Of a DNA stretch of 64,000 bases, positions 1-12,408 are shown one piece after another. The position numbers and the translations under genes were made by a program. The stretch is from Octopus sinensis (taxonomy: Eukaryota). Location of the stretch: positions 60,450,001 through 60,514,000 of the forward strand of contig NC_043003.1 in assembly GCF_006345805.1 (NCBI RefSeq), given 5' to 3'. How positions within the stretch are numbered: position 1 is the stretch's first letter; each line of letters opens with the position of its first letter. The notes beneath the pieces are model-generated. The model searched no databases. It was not told the origin of the DNA and worked only from the letters and a program-made list of their open reading frames with translations.

Positions 1-272
1 ACCTTGAAATTCTTCTCCTCAACAGATCATTCATGGTGACTACCGTGAAAGAAAACTTACAGTTAGATGCAGTTTGCATGCTTTGCGAGGAGTCTTCCAC
101 AACGAAGATATGTGCACGCGATCCTTTTTGCCAGAGAAATCAGCATCCTGCTGGTTTTAAGTTCTCTGCTGAAGAGGAAATCTAAAGATGTCTGTTGGTA
201 GTGCCAATCATTTAATTTACCTTACCACGCAAGCTCAATAAATATCTGTGTTGTAAAATACCTTCCGAGACC

Positions 273-287
273 GCCACCAGAGGGCGC
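273..287 (+). promoter_or_regulatory. CTCF-like binding motif
   Basis: GCCACCAGAGGGCGC matches the CTCF core consensus CCASYAGRKGGCRS; motif match only. Confidence 0.4.
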
Positions 288-399
288 TCACTGAATATTT
301 CTTAAAACTCAGTCGACTGTCTCATTGCCTTTATCTCTCACAAATATTGATTTTCTCTCTATATTTGTATATTGGTGTATGTTGGTGTAGACGAGATAT

Positions 400-980
400 A
401 GAGTTGATGCAATCGAATCCATTATATGACGGATCCCCATGTTATCTACCCCGAAGAATTAAAATGCATAGTTGAGCCCTGCGGGATTTTGAACTGATTC
501 AGGTGAATTTACTTAATAACGCTGTTCAGCTTGTGTTTAACTATAGTTTCTCATGTAAATCACTATAGTTTCACTTTATTCATTTCTTTCTATTTTCAAC
601 AACGGTTTCTTATTTAAGCACAGTGCCAGTAGTTTTGAGTGGAGTAGACTAGCCAGTAGCATCGAACACGGTATTATTTATTTTATCAATCCTAGGTGGG
701 TGGGGTGGTGGGATGAAGAAGAATGACGGACGAAGCTATTTCAATTCAGAGCGCAAAAAGCTAGAATATATACCGCAAACCATTTTTTACGACGCACTTA
801 CGATTCTGCCAGCTCTCCGGCGTTATGATGATTTTGATTAGGTACAAGGCTAGTAATTGTTAGTGTATTAATTACTCAATTACATCCAGCCTGGAGGGAT
901 GAAAAGTAAAACAGGTCTCGGCTAGATTTGAACTGAGAAAGCACTATGTTGGGCCAAATTCCGCAAGGCGTCTTTCCGAT
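400..980 (-). mobile_element. Three old, degraded tRNA-SINE fragments
   Basis: Diverged reverse-complement matches to the SINE core and head seen elsewhere in the window (tttatc.accc..ga.ggatgaaa...ttgaact; gattctgccagctc). Confidence 0.55.
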
Positions 981-2429
981 TCTCCGCTTGCCGCCTTTCT
1001 GCGTTCAGTATTAAATCTTTACACAGTCAATTTGTTCTCAAATCAAGATCGTCATTTTAGAAAGGAAGTCTGATCACTTGACATGCCAGTATTTCCTTTC
1101 AAATCAAACATTCTACCATGTAAAACAATAAATACAATTTCAATAATGTAGTCTTAGATATATCTATACTTGATGTGGGCTAAAACGGAGTTATAAGATA
1201 ACAACTTCGACACTTGAATCAATAAAAGGGATGGATATTTATTGCTGATGAAGTTATTGTTCTTGTTTGATGGTCACGGAGTCGCCTTCAGTCTTACAGT
1301 TTGTCACCGTCTGCTGCTAAGCCTACAACCATCATTGATAAGCCGGTAACAGTAGGCTGAAGATGTCATCCACCAACGGATCAACAATGGTTCAATGGAA
1401 TTGAACACCCGAATTTGTAGATTTAGGATCAAATATATTCTCGTTGCTAACTGGTTGTGTTTTTAGAGCGCTGCATATTCTGTTTCGTGCAATTTGATCC
1501 GAAACTCCGCTCCCCAAGTTCAAATTACGCTGAGGTCAACGTTCAGCGTGGGGAAAATGTGGTGAAAATGCAGAATTAACAGAATGCCAGAATGTGTACC
1601 TCCAGGGATATGAGACGTTTTGGTACAGCCTTTCTGGCGTCGCCTATTTAGTTAATAAGATGGTGACTTATTTGACATCAAACGTTCCAATGCTTCACCG
1701 TTTTTGATATTTCTGTCTTTACCTCCTCCCTTCTTTTTCTCTCTCCTTTTGTCTTTCATTATTTTCATCTCTCTATCTCTCTATCTCTCTCTCTCTCTCT
1801 CCATCTCTCTCCCACTCTCTTTCTGTTGCTTGTTTTACTTAATGTTTACTTTTATGTAAGCGTTTTGAATTGATAAATTTTAATATCTCACGCTCGCTCT
1901 GTCAGCCCGTATGTGTAAATTTTTTTGCGCACATAGTGTGTGTGTGAGTGTGTTTGCCTCCAGGACCAAAAAGTAATGTCGCCAAAACAGGTTGGATTTC
2001 CAAGCTGCCGCGCCCAGTCGTCTTATTTCATGCCTCCTAGTATTTATCCTGACTCTGCGTGCGCATTGATAACTCCCGCAATTACACTGGTGCCAAGCTG
2101 TATCAGATAACGTCAATAGCCTTTGCCGTTTGTCAACATCGGGAAGTGAAGAGATTTGCATGCATGAACATCTACAAGTGTTTCTTAAATATCTTGCCCA
2201 GGACTACACATATATGTTGAGATCCATAGTCAACATTGACCGATAACGGCTCTACAATGTTCAGTCGTAAACATCTCATATTTCATTGAGAACTAATATA
2301 TTTAAAGAGGCAAAATTAAATGTATCGTTTGTTTCCTAAGATGGTGCTGGTGGGGACCTGATATTTGACCGCAATTTGCAATTTCTCTCAGATTGATGGC
2401 CACATATATGATCCCTCGCCGATTGGTAC

Positions 2430-2505
2430 ATATATATATATATATAGATATATATATATATATGTATGTATGTACGTATGCATGTATGTGTACGTATGTA
2501 TGGAT

Positions 2506-2552
<47 letters not shown>

Positions 2553-2636
2553 CATACATACATACATACATACATACATACATACATACATACATACATA
2601 CATACATACATACATACATGCATACATACATACATC
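2430..2636. repeat. (TA)n/(ATAC)n compound microsatellite
   Basis: Direct inspection; explains the MYVC/YIHT ORFs. Confidence 0.95.
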
Positions 2637-2894
2637 CTCAAAACGGCACACGCAAAGCAAACTATAAAACCGATTCATTTAAACCCATTTTATAAAAGGT
2701 TCGCGTTTCAGTTACCTCAATTGATTAAAATGAAAAGTTGAGCTATGAGAGATTTTGAACATCAAACGTTGAATTTCCCCTACCGGTCTCTTAATAATGA
2801 TATTTGGTTTGTTTCTATTCTTTGAAAGAAAGATATACAACGGTTATATATATTTTACAATAGCTTCCTACCGTTCCTTTCTAAGCTCAATAAT

Positions 2895-3222
2895 GGCTTC
2901 TAGGCAGGTAAAATGCTTAGCGATATTTCGTCTAATCAAATGCCCCCTCCCCTAAAATTTCGTGCATTGTTCCTAGAGTAGAAAAGAATATTTCTCATTT
3001 TTAAAGGCGGCGAGCTGGCAGAAACGTTAGCACGCCAGGCGAAATGCTTAGCAGTATTTCGTCTGTCTTTATGTTCTCAGTTCAAATTCCGCTGAGGTCT
3101 ACTTTGCCTTTCATCCTTTCAGAGTCGATAAAGTACCAGTTGTGTAGTGGGATCAATCCAATCGACTGGCCCCTCCCCAAAACTTTTGGGCCTTGTGCCC
3201 AGAGTAGAAAAAGAATATTGGC
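2895..3222 (+). mobile_element. tRNA-derived SINE ('B' tail) preceded by an internally deleted copy
   Basis: Head ggcggcgagctggcagaaacgttagcacg...gttcaaattcc (A/B-box-like), core gactttgcctttcatcctttc...gtcgataaagtaccag, tail ...gggccttgtgcccagagtagaaaaagaatatt. The core resembles, from memory, the Meta-SINE domain. Confidence 0.85.
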
Positions 3223-3959
3223 TTCTAAGCTATAATGGATCCTAAGCTGAGGGGTATTGGCTGATACCAACTAGCCTAGAACTTCCGTGATACTTTAATT
3301 TATTGACCCAACTGTATAAATGACAACGACAATGCTTTATAGTTCAGTTACATTATTCCCATGATCACTCGATGCCTACAACAAAGTGCAGCAACAAAAC
3401 ATCACTAACATCATTTCATTCACATGACCTGGGAGTGACTTAAAGCATTAATTAAAGTCTACAAAACTGTAGTTTCCATATCTGTTAACATTTCGTAACA
3501 ACGACTATCAAGTTACATTATGCATTGCAGTGGCCATGCAGGATTTTTTGTTGTTGTTGTTGTTTCTCTTCTTCTTCTTCTTAACACATATCGAATTTAA
3601 AAAGTCTTGTGAATGAAATTGGGTAGACAGAAGGGCACTGTGTGGAATCTTATTAGATGGACTACGCTTATAATTAAAAGCTTGTCACACACCGTGTCGC
3701 GTCAGTGCTGCCTCAAAAATTACGTCAGCTTTACGTGTATATGTGGAAACCTCATGATCGAGATAAACGGCAAAATGTACACACACACACACACACACAC
3801 AAATACATGCAAGAGCGTGCGAGAGCGCACTCACACTTAGATACGTACATTTAATTGATATATGTATGTATATATACACATACATATATTCATATATATT
3901 ACCTAGATGTATGGATGTGTTTAGATATAAACACACACTCACGCATATATTTATAAACA

Positions 3960-4094
3960 CAAACGCACTTACACACATATATATACACATATATATATAT
4001 ATATACACATATATATATACATATATATACAGATATATTTATATTTTCACATATATATTGATAGTTATGCATATATATGTATGCCTATATATGC

Positions 4095-4147
<53 letters not shown>

Positions 4148-4186
4148 TATATATACATATATATATATACAGATATACACACACAC

Positions 4187-4230
<44 letters not shown>

Positions 4231-4287
4231 TACCTATACATATATACACATATACATATATATATATATACATATATAATACATATA

Positions 4288-4354
<67 letters not shown>

Positions 4355-4517
4355 TATATATATATAACATATACATACATATGTGTGTGTACTTGTGCGT
4401 GTGTGCGTTATGCATGTGTGTGCCTGTTTATCTCTGGATATGTTCCAATATGCATGAGTTCAAATAAATTTATAGCTATTCGTGCATTCTGTGACACTAT
4501 ATATGTGTGTGGGTGGG

Positions 4518-4565
<48 letters not shown>
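3960..4565. repeat. (TA)n/(CA)n/(TG)n microsatellite block
   Basis: Direct inspection. Confidence 0.95.
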
Positions 4566-4568
<3 letters not shown>

Positions 4569-5660
4569 ATAGATTTCATCTCTTTGTGCTCGTGTTGTCT
4601 GGGTGGGCTGTATCTGTGTGCATGAGTGTATGTGTTTGTAAAGTGCACATTTAATATACTTGGCTGCTGTATGCAATAATAATAGACTTCCTTCTTCCTT
4701 CACTTCTTCTTTCTCTCCTTCATCTTCTTCCTCCTCTGCTGCTGCTGCTGCTGCTGCTGCTGATGCTACAGCGCTTCATACTCTCACAGTACGATTTGAT
4801 ATTAAGTCACATACCTTACCCCCCTTGAAGTCCTATTACATTCCTTGCAGTGGGTAAAGAGAGTGAGACGCTGAAGTAATAATCTCCCCTACGAGAATCC
4901 GAATGACTTTTACACGGCAAAATTTCATCAAAAAACTACGAAGTGTAAACGAAATAATAGAAGAATGCAACACTTATGACACATAAAAATACGTTGTAGT
5001 GAATCTATATTGGTTTATTTAATATATGCATACATGAGTAAATCCTTATGTTTTAAATTAAAATAAAAAGAAATGTGAAGTTATGACAGCTGTAGTTCAA
5101 ATGATATTAAATAACTTGAACTGGAACTCAAAAGCAGCGTCATAAAATTAATTTATTTTTTCATGAGAAGCAGTGAACGATGCTGTCGTTGGATAGCGAC
5201 TTCTAACGAGCTTGAAATATTGATTTCAAATTTTGGCCTGAGCCTAGGAATGTCGGGAAGGTGGTAAGTCGATGGCATCGACCCCAGTGTGCAACTGGTA
5301 CTTATTTTATCGACCTGGGAAGGGATGAAAGACAGAGTCGACTGCGGTGGAATTTGAACTCAGAATTTAAAAGTAGCCCGGGTGGGCTAACGATTCTACC
5401 GATTCCCCGTCGTACAAGCTCACAAATATCCTTTTCCACTCCAGGCACAAGGCCCGAAATTTTCAGGGGGGGGGGCAGTCGATTAGATCAACCCCAGAAC
5501 GCAACTGGCACTTAATTTATCGACCCTGAAAGGAAAAAAGGTAAACTTGACCTTGGCGGAATTTGAACTCAGAACGTAGAGACAGGCGAAATACCGCTAA
5601 GCATTTCGCCCGGCATGCTAACGTTTCTGCCAGCTACCGCCTTACCAGCTAACAAATATT

Positions 5661-5806
5661 GTTCTATATTCAATGAGAACCCAGGGTTGGGTTCAAAATT
5701 CAACCAGGACACCTGATGAAAGCTGGAGAGTAAATCAGTCGAAACGCTGAGTTAACAACAAGCAAAATGAGGACACATATCCGTCCAATGTAAATAATGT
5801 AAATAA
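5661..5806 (+). mobile_element. Penelope-type terminal-repeat fragment carrying a hammerhead motif
   Basis: Contains CTGATGA...GAAAC and ends in a tgtaaataatgtaaataa tail. Confidence 0.6.
5708..5753 (+). ncRNA. Degenerate minimal type-I hammerhead ribozyme
   Basis: GACAC-CTGATGA-AAGCTG(loop)CAGTC-GAAA-CGC-T-GAGTT. Stem III ACGC is one change from palindromic ACGT; stem I GACAC/GAGTT has one mismatch. Confidence 0.5.
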
Positions 5807-6090
5807 AGTTACAAATATTGGCTTCAAATTTTGGCACAAGGCAAGTGATTTCGAAGTGGTGGGTGGCAGTGGGCAACAGGTGCTTTTTTATCGACTCCGA
5901 AATTATGAAAGGCACATCGTCTCCAGTACATATTTTCTATGCCTGCTACATGTTCTATCACTCTGTGTTGCCGATGTAAACACAGCCACACCATTAGTGG
6001 ATGGTGGGAAACACACGCGCGCGCATACACACACACACCCATACACGTATGTACGTATGAATGAATGAATGAATGAATGAATGTATGCAT

Positions 6091-6341
6091 AAAAATAAAT
6101 GCACTCTTTTAAAGCCTAGCCAGGCTCTTGGGCGCGGTTTCCCGTTTTATATGGCGTATGTGCTCCCCAGCTGGATGGGACGCCAGTCCATCGCAGCGTT
6201 ACTCATTTTTGCTAGCTGAGTGAACTGGAGCAACGTGAAATGAAGTGTTTTCCTAAAGAACACAACGCGTCGCCCGGTCCAGGTTCGAAACCACAATCTT
6301 ACGATCATGATGCTGAGACCCTAACGACTAAGCCACGCGCC
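6091..6341 (-). mobile_element. V-SINE-like element
   Basis: tRNA-like head (ggcgcgtggcttagtcgttaggg...ggtttcgaacc) plus ctgcgatggactggcgtcccatccag, matching the V-domain consensus as I recall it. Confidence 0.75.
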
Positions 6342-6361
6342 TCCACTATACACACATACAC

Positions 6362-6439
<78 letters not shown>

Positions 6440-6452
<13 letters not shown>

Positions 6453-6630
6453 ACTTACTTGGAGATGAAGACTCGAAACAGGGGCAGCTGATGAAGGGGA
6501 ATGTTCCCTCTGTTGTTTGTCTTGCACTCTGTTTTTTCGTTGTTATAAAAAGTCTGTTTCCTTGTTTTGTTTCTATGTTTTCGTTTCTCGTTGTGTTCTA
6601 CGTTTATTTGTGGTGTCCTGTACCCATATA
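6440..6630. mobile_element. Probable Penelope-type terminal-repeat remnant
   Basis: Contains cgaaac followed by ctgatga and a hairpin, then a GT-rich tract; bounded by microsatellites. Confidence 0.35.
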
Positions 6631-7340
6631 TGCATGTATATATACATATAGATGTAGGTATATACACATATGTATGTATGCATATGCTTTTTTTTTGTAT
6701 ATATATATATTTATACCCACAACGAGCTTCCACCCAGTTTTAGTCTATGAAATTCTGATTAGTTATTGCTTGCCCCATGGTTATAATATTAAACACTTAT
6801 GCAAGGTGCCGCGCAGTGGAGTTAAACCCAAAACTTTGTGATTGCAAAGTGTGAGCTTCTGAAGGGCACATCGTGTTTATCTATGCATATATACTTTCTG
6901 TTATCATGTTCGAGGATTCTTTCGAAGTTTCTCGATCCCATCTGGTGTTTGTGCCATGAGAAAAATAAAAGGTTGTGTCTGAGACAAAGTGAAAAGTGAC
7001 TTGCACAAATTGAATGTGTACAAACGATTGTCGAACTTTCAGATTAAAAATAGCAGCCAAAATACTTCAGATTAAATCCTATATCCTTAAAATGAGGAAG
7101 GCAACATATGAATCCATATTTGTCAATGTAGTTATCGATAAACCATAATCTAAACAATGGGTTGATTGTCAATAATTGATTTTTTCTGAATACAAATCTA
7201 TTCGATCATGACTGACTTCCACCAAACAACAACAAAATCGACCACAATAACAATAACAACTCGTTATCCAACAATAAAGCAGTTGAATGTCAGAAATGGC
7301 AGTCATTTGATGTGTATGTTCAACAACATGTAATTCTACG

Positions 7341-7690
7341 TAATTCTTATTTCTTTATTGCCCACAAGGGTATAAACACAGAGGGGACAAACAAGGACGG
7401 TCAAAAGGATTAAGTCGATTACATCGATCCCAGTGCGTAACTGGTACTTAATTTATCGACCCAGAAAGGAAAATTTCTTTTATTCTTTTACTTGTTTCAG
7501 TCACTTGACTGCGGTCATACTGGAGCACCGCCTTCAGTCGAAAAATCGACCCCAGGACTTATTCTTTGTAAGTCTAGTACTAGTTTATGGGTCTCTTTTG
7601 CCGAACCGCTAAGTTACGGGGGACGTAAACACACCACAATCGTTTGTCAAGCGATGTTTGGGGGGACAAACACACACACACAAATAGACA
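7341..7690 (-). mobile_element. 3' part of an 'A'-tail tRNA-SINE abutting the 3' part of a CORE-type SINE
   Basis: ttatttctttattgcccacaaggg...gaggggacaaacaaggac tail, then gtttcagtcacttgactgcggtcatactggagcaccgcc... Confidence 0.75.
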
Positions 7691-7790
7691 AATTCTACGT
7701 AATTCTACCATTTTGCCGTTTGAGTTCAAACAGAACCAGAGTCGTTTGTTTTATAAAGTCTCAGGACACTCCTCATCATATAGGTAAAAA

Positions 7791-8673
7791 CTAGGTAATC
7801 GGAAACAATGTGGGAGCCCATCAGATTGATTGTATCTTATATCTTTAATTTGAAAGTCTAAACTTCAAACACTGTCACATTGATTCTTCTTGAGAAATGT
7901 CAATAGGTCACATGACTGCGAGAAGTTCAACCGGTGGTTCAGTTGTTTGAACAATTGAATATTCATGGTCGATAGTGACCGGGTTGCACTTGAATATTAT
8001 ATAGTCTTTCTAGAAGCATAGACATGTTTCTAACAACGTTGCTTGATGAAGTAACTAGAAGGATTTTTGTGTGTCGGAGGACGTTAGTGTTTCAAACAAC
8101 TGGTTCGCTAGGATTTGAGCTGCAGATCACTACTGGATGGAATAAACATGTCATGCGCTGGTGCTGCCGTTTCTCGCAACGTCAATAAAGTGACCTCTCC
8201 AGAGTACAAACATGGTCCAGATATGCAGAAATTCTGAGATTCCGGATGTGAGACTCCACATGACCTGGCTGATGTGGTTCGAAATACTCATCACAGGTTT
8301 GGCTCAAGTCTACATCTTTTCGGGGTCATAAAATAAGTACCAGTTGAGTACGGGGATCGATGTAATCGATTAATCTCCTTCCAAATCTCAAACCTTGTGC
8401 ATATAGTAGACAGGATTATTAAGACGATACTCCTTAAAGCGTTCTCCCTACGACACATTCCCTCAGTCTAGTTGCTGACTACCAATTAAGATATTTATCA
8501 TATTCATCACTAACTCGAGATTGTATAATTCTGTGTACTTTTGCAGGACGGGAGTGTGTGGATATGCGAAAAGGGAATAATTTTTTGTGCATATTTCTGC
8601 TCTAATATCATCAAGGAAGGCTAGGTATTCGGAAACAATGTGGGAGCCCATCAGATTGATTGTATCTTATATC
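7791..8673 (+). repeat. 53-bp direct repeat pair (7791-7843 and 8621-8673)
   Basis: ctaggta(a/t)tcggaaacaatgtgggagcccatcagattgattgtatcttatatc; 52/53 identical, 830 bp apart. Confidence 0.95.
7900..8190 (+). mobile_element. Possible highly decayed mariner transposase C-terminal remnant
   Basis: Broken frames give ...YSLSRSIDMFL and NWFA...DGIN...RWC, reminiscent of the mariner Y.LFRS..HFL and DGI..L..RW segments; weak. Confidence 0.3.
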
Positions 8674-9117
8674 GTAAGGCTGCGACCTGGCAGAATCGTA
8701 AGGCTGCGACCTGGTAGAATCGTTAGCACGCCGGGCGAAATGCTTAGCGGTATTGTGTCTGCCGTTACGTTCTGAGTTCAAATTCCGCAGAGGTCGACTT
8801 TGCCTTTCATCTTTTCGTGGTCGATAAATTAAGTACCAGTTATTCCCTGGGGTCGATATAATCTACTTATTCCGTTTGTCTATCCTTGTTTGTCCTCTCT
8901 GTGTTTAGCCCCTTGTGGGTAGTAAAGAAATAGGTATTTCGTCTGCCGTTACGTTCTGAGTTCAAATTCCGCCGAAGTCGACTTTGCCTTTCAATCTTTG
9001 AGGGTCGATAAGTTAAGTACCAGTTACGCATTGGGGTCGATGTAATCGACTTGATCCCTTTGCCTGTCCTTGTTTGTTCCCTCTATGTTTAGCCTCTTGA
9101 AGGCAATGAAGAAATAA
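8674..9117 (+). mobile_element. tRNA-SINE with duplicated 24-bp head start and head+(body)x2 structure
   Basis: taaggctgcgacctgg(c/t)agaatcg twice; the first tail ends ...aaagaaata and joins ggtatttcg of a second, headless body. Confidence 0.85.
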
Positions 9118-9300
9118 GATTCGTTGGGACGTTGAACAAACTGCTTAGCAGCATTTCTACCTCCTCTTTACGTTCTAAGATCAAATCCTATTGCGGTCAA
9201 CTTCTGATATCCTCTATTTTGTGAGCGATAAAATAAAGTAGCAGTCAAGTACTGGGTTTGATGCAATTGACTTGATCCTTCATCTCAAAATTGCTGCTTT

Positions 9301-9720
9301 TGAACCCGGTAAGGACCCAGCTTCCTGTTCAGGGGATAAGAAACTTGCTTCCCAACCACGTAGTTCCCGGTTCAGTTCCACAAATCGCCGACCAAAGCCT
9401 TAGGAGTGGATTCGGTAGACGGGAATTGAAAGAAGCCCGTCGTATATTTATGTGTGTCTGTGTGTGTCTGTATATGTCTGTATGTGTATTTGTGTATGTG
9501 TGTGTCTGTATGTGTGTTTGTGTCTGTGTTCCCCGCCACCGTTTGACAACCGCTACTGGTGTGCTTACGTCCCCGGAAGATAGCAATTCAACAAAGTGGC
9601 TGATTGAACAAACATTAAGCTTTAAAGAAATACGTACTGGGGGTCGATTCATTCGACTGAAAATTCATCGAGCCGGTGCCCCAGCATGGCCGCAGTCTAG
9701 TGACTGAAGCAAGTAAAAGA
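9301..9720 (+). mobile_element. CORE-type (OR-like) SINE with internal (TG)n
   Basis: ccacgtagttcccggttcagttcc head remnant, ccttaggagtggattcggtagacgg, internal TG repeat, ccagcatggccgcagtctagtgactgaagcaagtaaaaga tail. Confidence 0.75.
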
Positions 9721-10229
9721 ATGCGTTAAATGGGGCAGTGATTTGAGTAATTTATTATCAATGGAATGACAAAAATCACTTATGGAAACGAAGTATGACT
9801 AGAAACAAACGCCACCGAAAAAAATATCAGCTTTTAGCAATCTTTACAACAAGCATTCTCACTTCATCATATTTCAATTGTGCAGGTATAGAACTGATAT
9901 CTTGATAAAGTTATTACTTAAAATAGAAAAATCCTCAGTTGATATTTCTCTTTCTTCTGTCATAAAAATTATCAAATTTCTCTTATCATTTAAGAAATTG
10001 TTGGTTTCTAGAACCATCACTTGTTCTTGAAAATCTTATTACACCAATTTATGTTGTTGCATAAATCTTTTATTTCCGTTTGGAAATAAACCTGCTTGAG
10101 AATATATATTCTGTGTATTCAGAAATAGTCAATCCGAAATACAGACTATCAATGTACTTGATAACTTATACGACATGTAAATCACACACATATCGTTGAC
10201 ACAATGCAAACACACGCAGACATAGATAC

Positions 10230-10480
10230 CTATATATATATAGTTCAAATTTATGAAAAGACAAAAGAGGAAAACGGGTATAGGAACATCAAGAAGGTGT
10301 ATTAGTTTAACGCTCAAGAAAAACGGGAAAGTCTTTTAGGTTTCGAGCCTACACTCTTCGACAGAAAGGATTAAGAGGAGAAAATGGAGAGAGAAAAACT
10401 GTGTAGATTTCAGCGGCCCAACATGGCGGGATGACTAGAAAAGAAGAAGTTGAATGAAAGGGAGACAATAATGGTAACCC
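10230..10480 (-). mobile_element. Penelope-type terminal-repeat remnant
   Basis: Carries a minimal hammerhead-like motif at 10333-10368. Confidence 0.5.
10333..10368 (-). ncRNA. Variant minimal hammerhead-like motif (core CUGUCGA)
   Basis: Minus strand reads CTTT-CTGTCGAA-GAGT(GTAG)GCTC-GAAA-CCT-A-AAAG. Stem I CUUU/AAAG, 4-bp stem II; A6U core change; stem III ACCU is one change from ACGU. Confidence 0.4.
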
Positions 10481-10698
10481 CAACGAACTATGATGCATGA
10501 GCGTGTGTGTGTGGGAATGGTATGTGTGTGTATGTGTGAGAGAGAGAGGATGGTGTATGTGGCTGCTCGTATAGTGATATGTGTGGTGGCGCTACTGAAG
10601 ATTGTGTGTGGGTGTGGATGATGGTGTGTGGGGTGGGTGCTGAGACGTGGTTGGTGCTAATATATATATATATATATATATACATATATACATATGTA

Positions 10699-10752
<54 letters not shown>

Positions 10753-10835
10753 GGTCCCGGGTTGATTCGGGGTTAACCACAGTAAATAAGGTACTCAATA
10801 CATAGCAGAGTAAAATTAATCTATTATATAGAAGG

Positions 10836-10886
10836 AGCTTCTACAGGACTAGAACTGTTTCATTCAAGAGAAATCTTCAGGAAGCT
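10836..10886 (-). ncRNA. Type-I hammerhead ribozyme (mirror copy of 11676-11726)
   Basis: Exact reverse complement of the plus-strand motif. Confidence 0.75.
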
Positions 10887-11447
10887 AGTTAACAAGAATT
10901 GTATTGGCATTTATACATTTAGGCAGGTTTAAAGGGGTGTTGGTGGGGGACTTTTTGGGGGTAGGCATAGCGCAAAATAACATACTTGGGGGAGTGGTCA
11001 AGGAGTCAGTGTTAAATTAGATAGAAGAATAAATAAAAAAAAAATTAAAAAAAAAAAAAATTAAAAAATTAAAAAATCTATATATAAAAAAAAGGGGAAT
11101 AGAGTTTTAGGTAAATAAGGAGATTCTCACTTATACCTATGCACACATGTATACATACATACACACACATACAAACATATATACATATACATACACACAT
11201 ACATACACACACATATATATACATATATATACACTTACACATACATATACATATCTACACATACACATATATGTATACATACACACACTCACATGCATAC
11301 ACGTATACACACATGTATATATACACACACGACCACACATACTCACATACACGCATACACACACATATCCACACACACACATGCACACACAGCACACTAG
11401 TCCCTATATACACATACACACACATATACACACACATACATACATAT

Positions 11448-11478
<31 letters not shown>

Positions 11479-11675
11479 CATATGTGTACCTATATAGATT
11501 TTTTTATTTTTTATTTTTTTTTTATTTTTTTATTCTTCTATCTAATTTAACACTGACTCCTTGACCACTCCCCCAAGTATGTTATTTTGCGCTATGCCTA
11601 CCCCCAAAAAGTCCCCCACCAACACCCCTTTAAACCTGCCTAAATGTATAAATGCCAATACAATTCTTGTTAACT

Positions 11676-11726
11676 AGCTTCCTGAAGATTTCTCTTGAAT
11701 GAAACAGTTCTAGTCCTGTAGAAGCT
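11676..11726 (+). ncRNA. Type-I hammerhead ribozyme
   Basis: Stem I AGCTTC 11676-81 / GAAGCT 11721-26; core CTGAAGA 11682-88; stem II T-TTC(TCTT)GAA-T; GAAA 11701-04; stem III ACAG/CTGT; GUA cleavage triplet, predicted cut after 11720. Confidence 0.75.
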
Positions 11727-11737
11727 CCTTCTATATA

Positions 11738-11822
<85 letters not shown>

Positions 11823-11983
11823 TATATATATATATAATATAGTATATATAATATAATATATGTATATGTATATATACACACACATACACACTCACATACA
11901 CCCACAGAGACACACAGACACGGACACACACATATAATATAAAATATATTAATACATTATAGATACAATATAATGTATATGTA

Positions 11984-12197
11984 CGCGGTGGTGCTGAAAA
12001 CTTCCTGGCTTTCGGTAAAAGAAAAAACAGGAAGATCAGTAAATTATGATTTTATTCAGCATATTCCGCTCTTAGATTCACACATTTATGGCAGCCGTCC
12101 TTCAGTTTTTGTAAGCCCTGTAAATGAACTGGGAAGTTTGGGCCTCTAACCAGGCCTTTCGCGACATCCTTAACTCCAGGAACTTTTCAGCACACCG
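11984..12197. mobile_element. Mariner-type MITE
   Basis: Imperfect TIRs (gtgctgaaaacttcctgg / ccaggaacttttcagcac) with TA on both flanks; a diverged partial copy lies at about 23505-23680. Confidence 0.8.
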
Positions 12198-12408
12198 TAG
12201 TATATGCATTTCGGTTTACACCGCGAATGCTTTCTCGACTATTAAACATTCTTGCAAGTATCAAATAGTTCGTTGTCGAGGATATCAGAGTTTTGAATGT
12301 AATTGTTCTTGTTTTTTTTAAATACATCTAAAGTTATGAACTGAGCGTGAAAGATTGCTTCCATTCATGGAATGCAATATGAATCGGCCAATTTAATGTA
12401 TGAATATA

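Larger units (their letters stand above)
5222..5920 (-). mobile_element. Cluster of three tRNA-SINE copies (5222-5416, 5431-5646, partial 5820-5920)
   Basis: Reverse-complement SINE core and head; units separated by an agct(a/c)acaaatatt-like motif. Confidence 0.8.
10750..11740. mobile_element. Inverted pair of Penelope-type terminal repeats (left about 10750-11137, right 11491-11740) around a CA/TA microsatellite spacer
   Basis: 10822 to about 11085 is the near-exact reverse complement of 11491-11740, differing mainly in the A/T homopolymer tract. Confidence 0.9.

Noticed and set aside
1-200. Open frame ending ...PAGFKFSAEEEI, faintly mariner-like
   Set aside because: Truncated by the window edge and too weak to call
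3004-3090. tRNA-like A/B-box sequences here and in all SINE heads
   Set aside because: No cloverleaf or acceptor stem; they continue into SINE cores
6460-6512. cgaaac...ctgatga plus hairpin as a hammerhead
   Set aside because: Core halves are in the wrong order for type I and there is no stem III or UH for type II; at most half of a split motif
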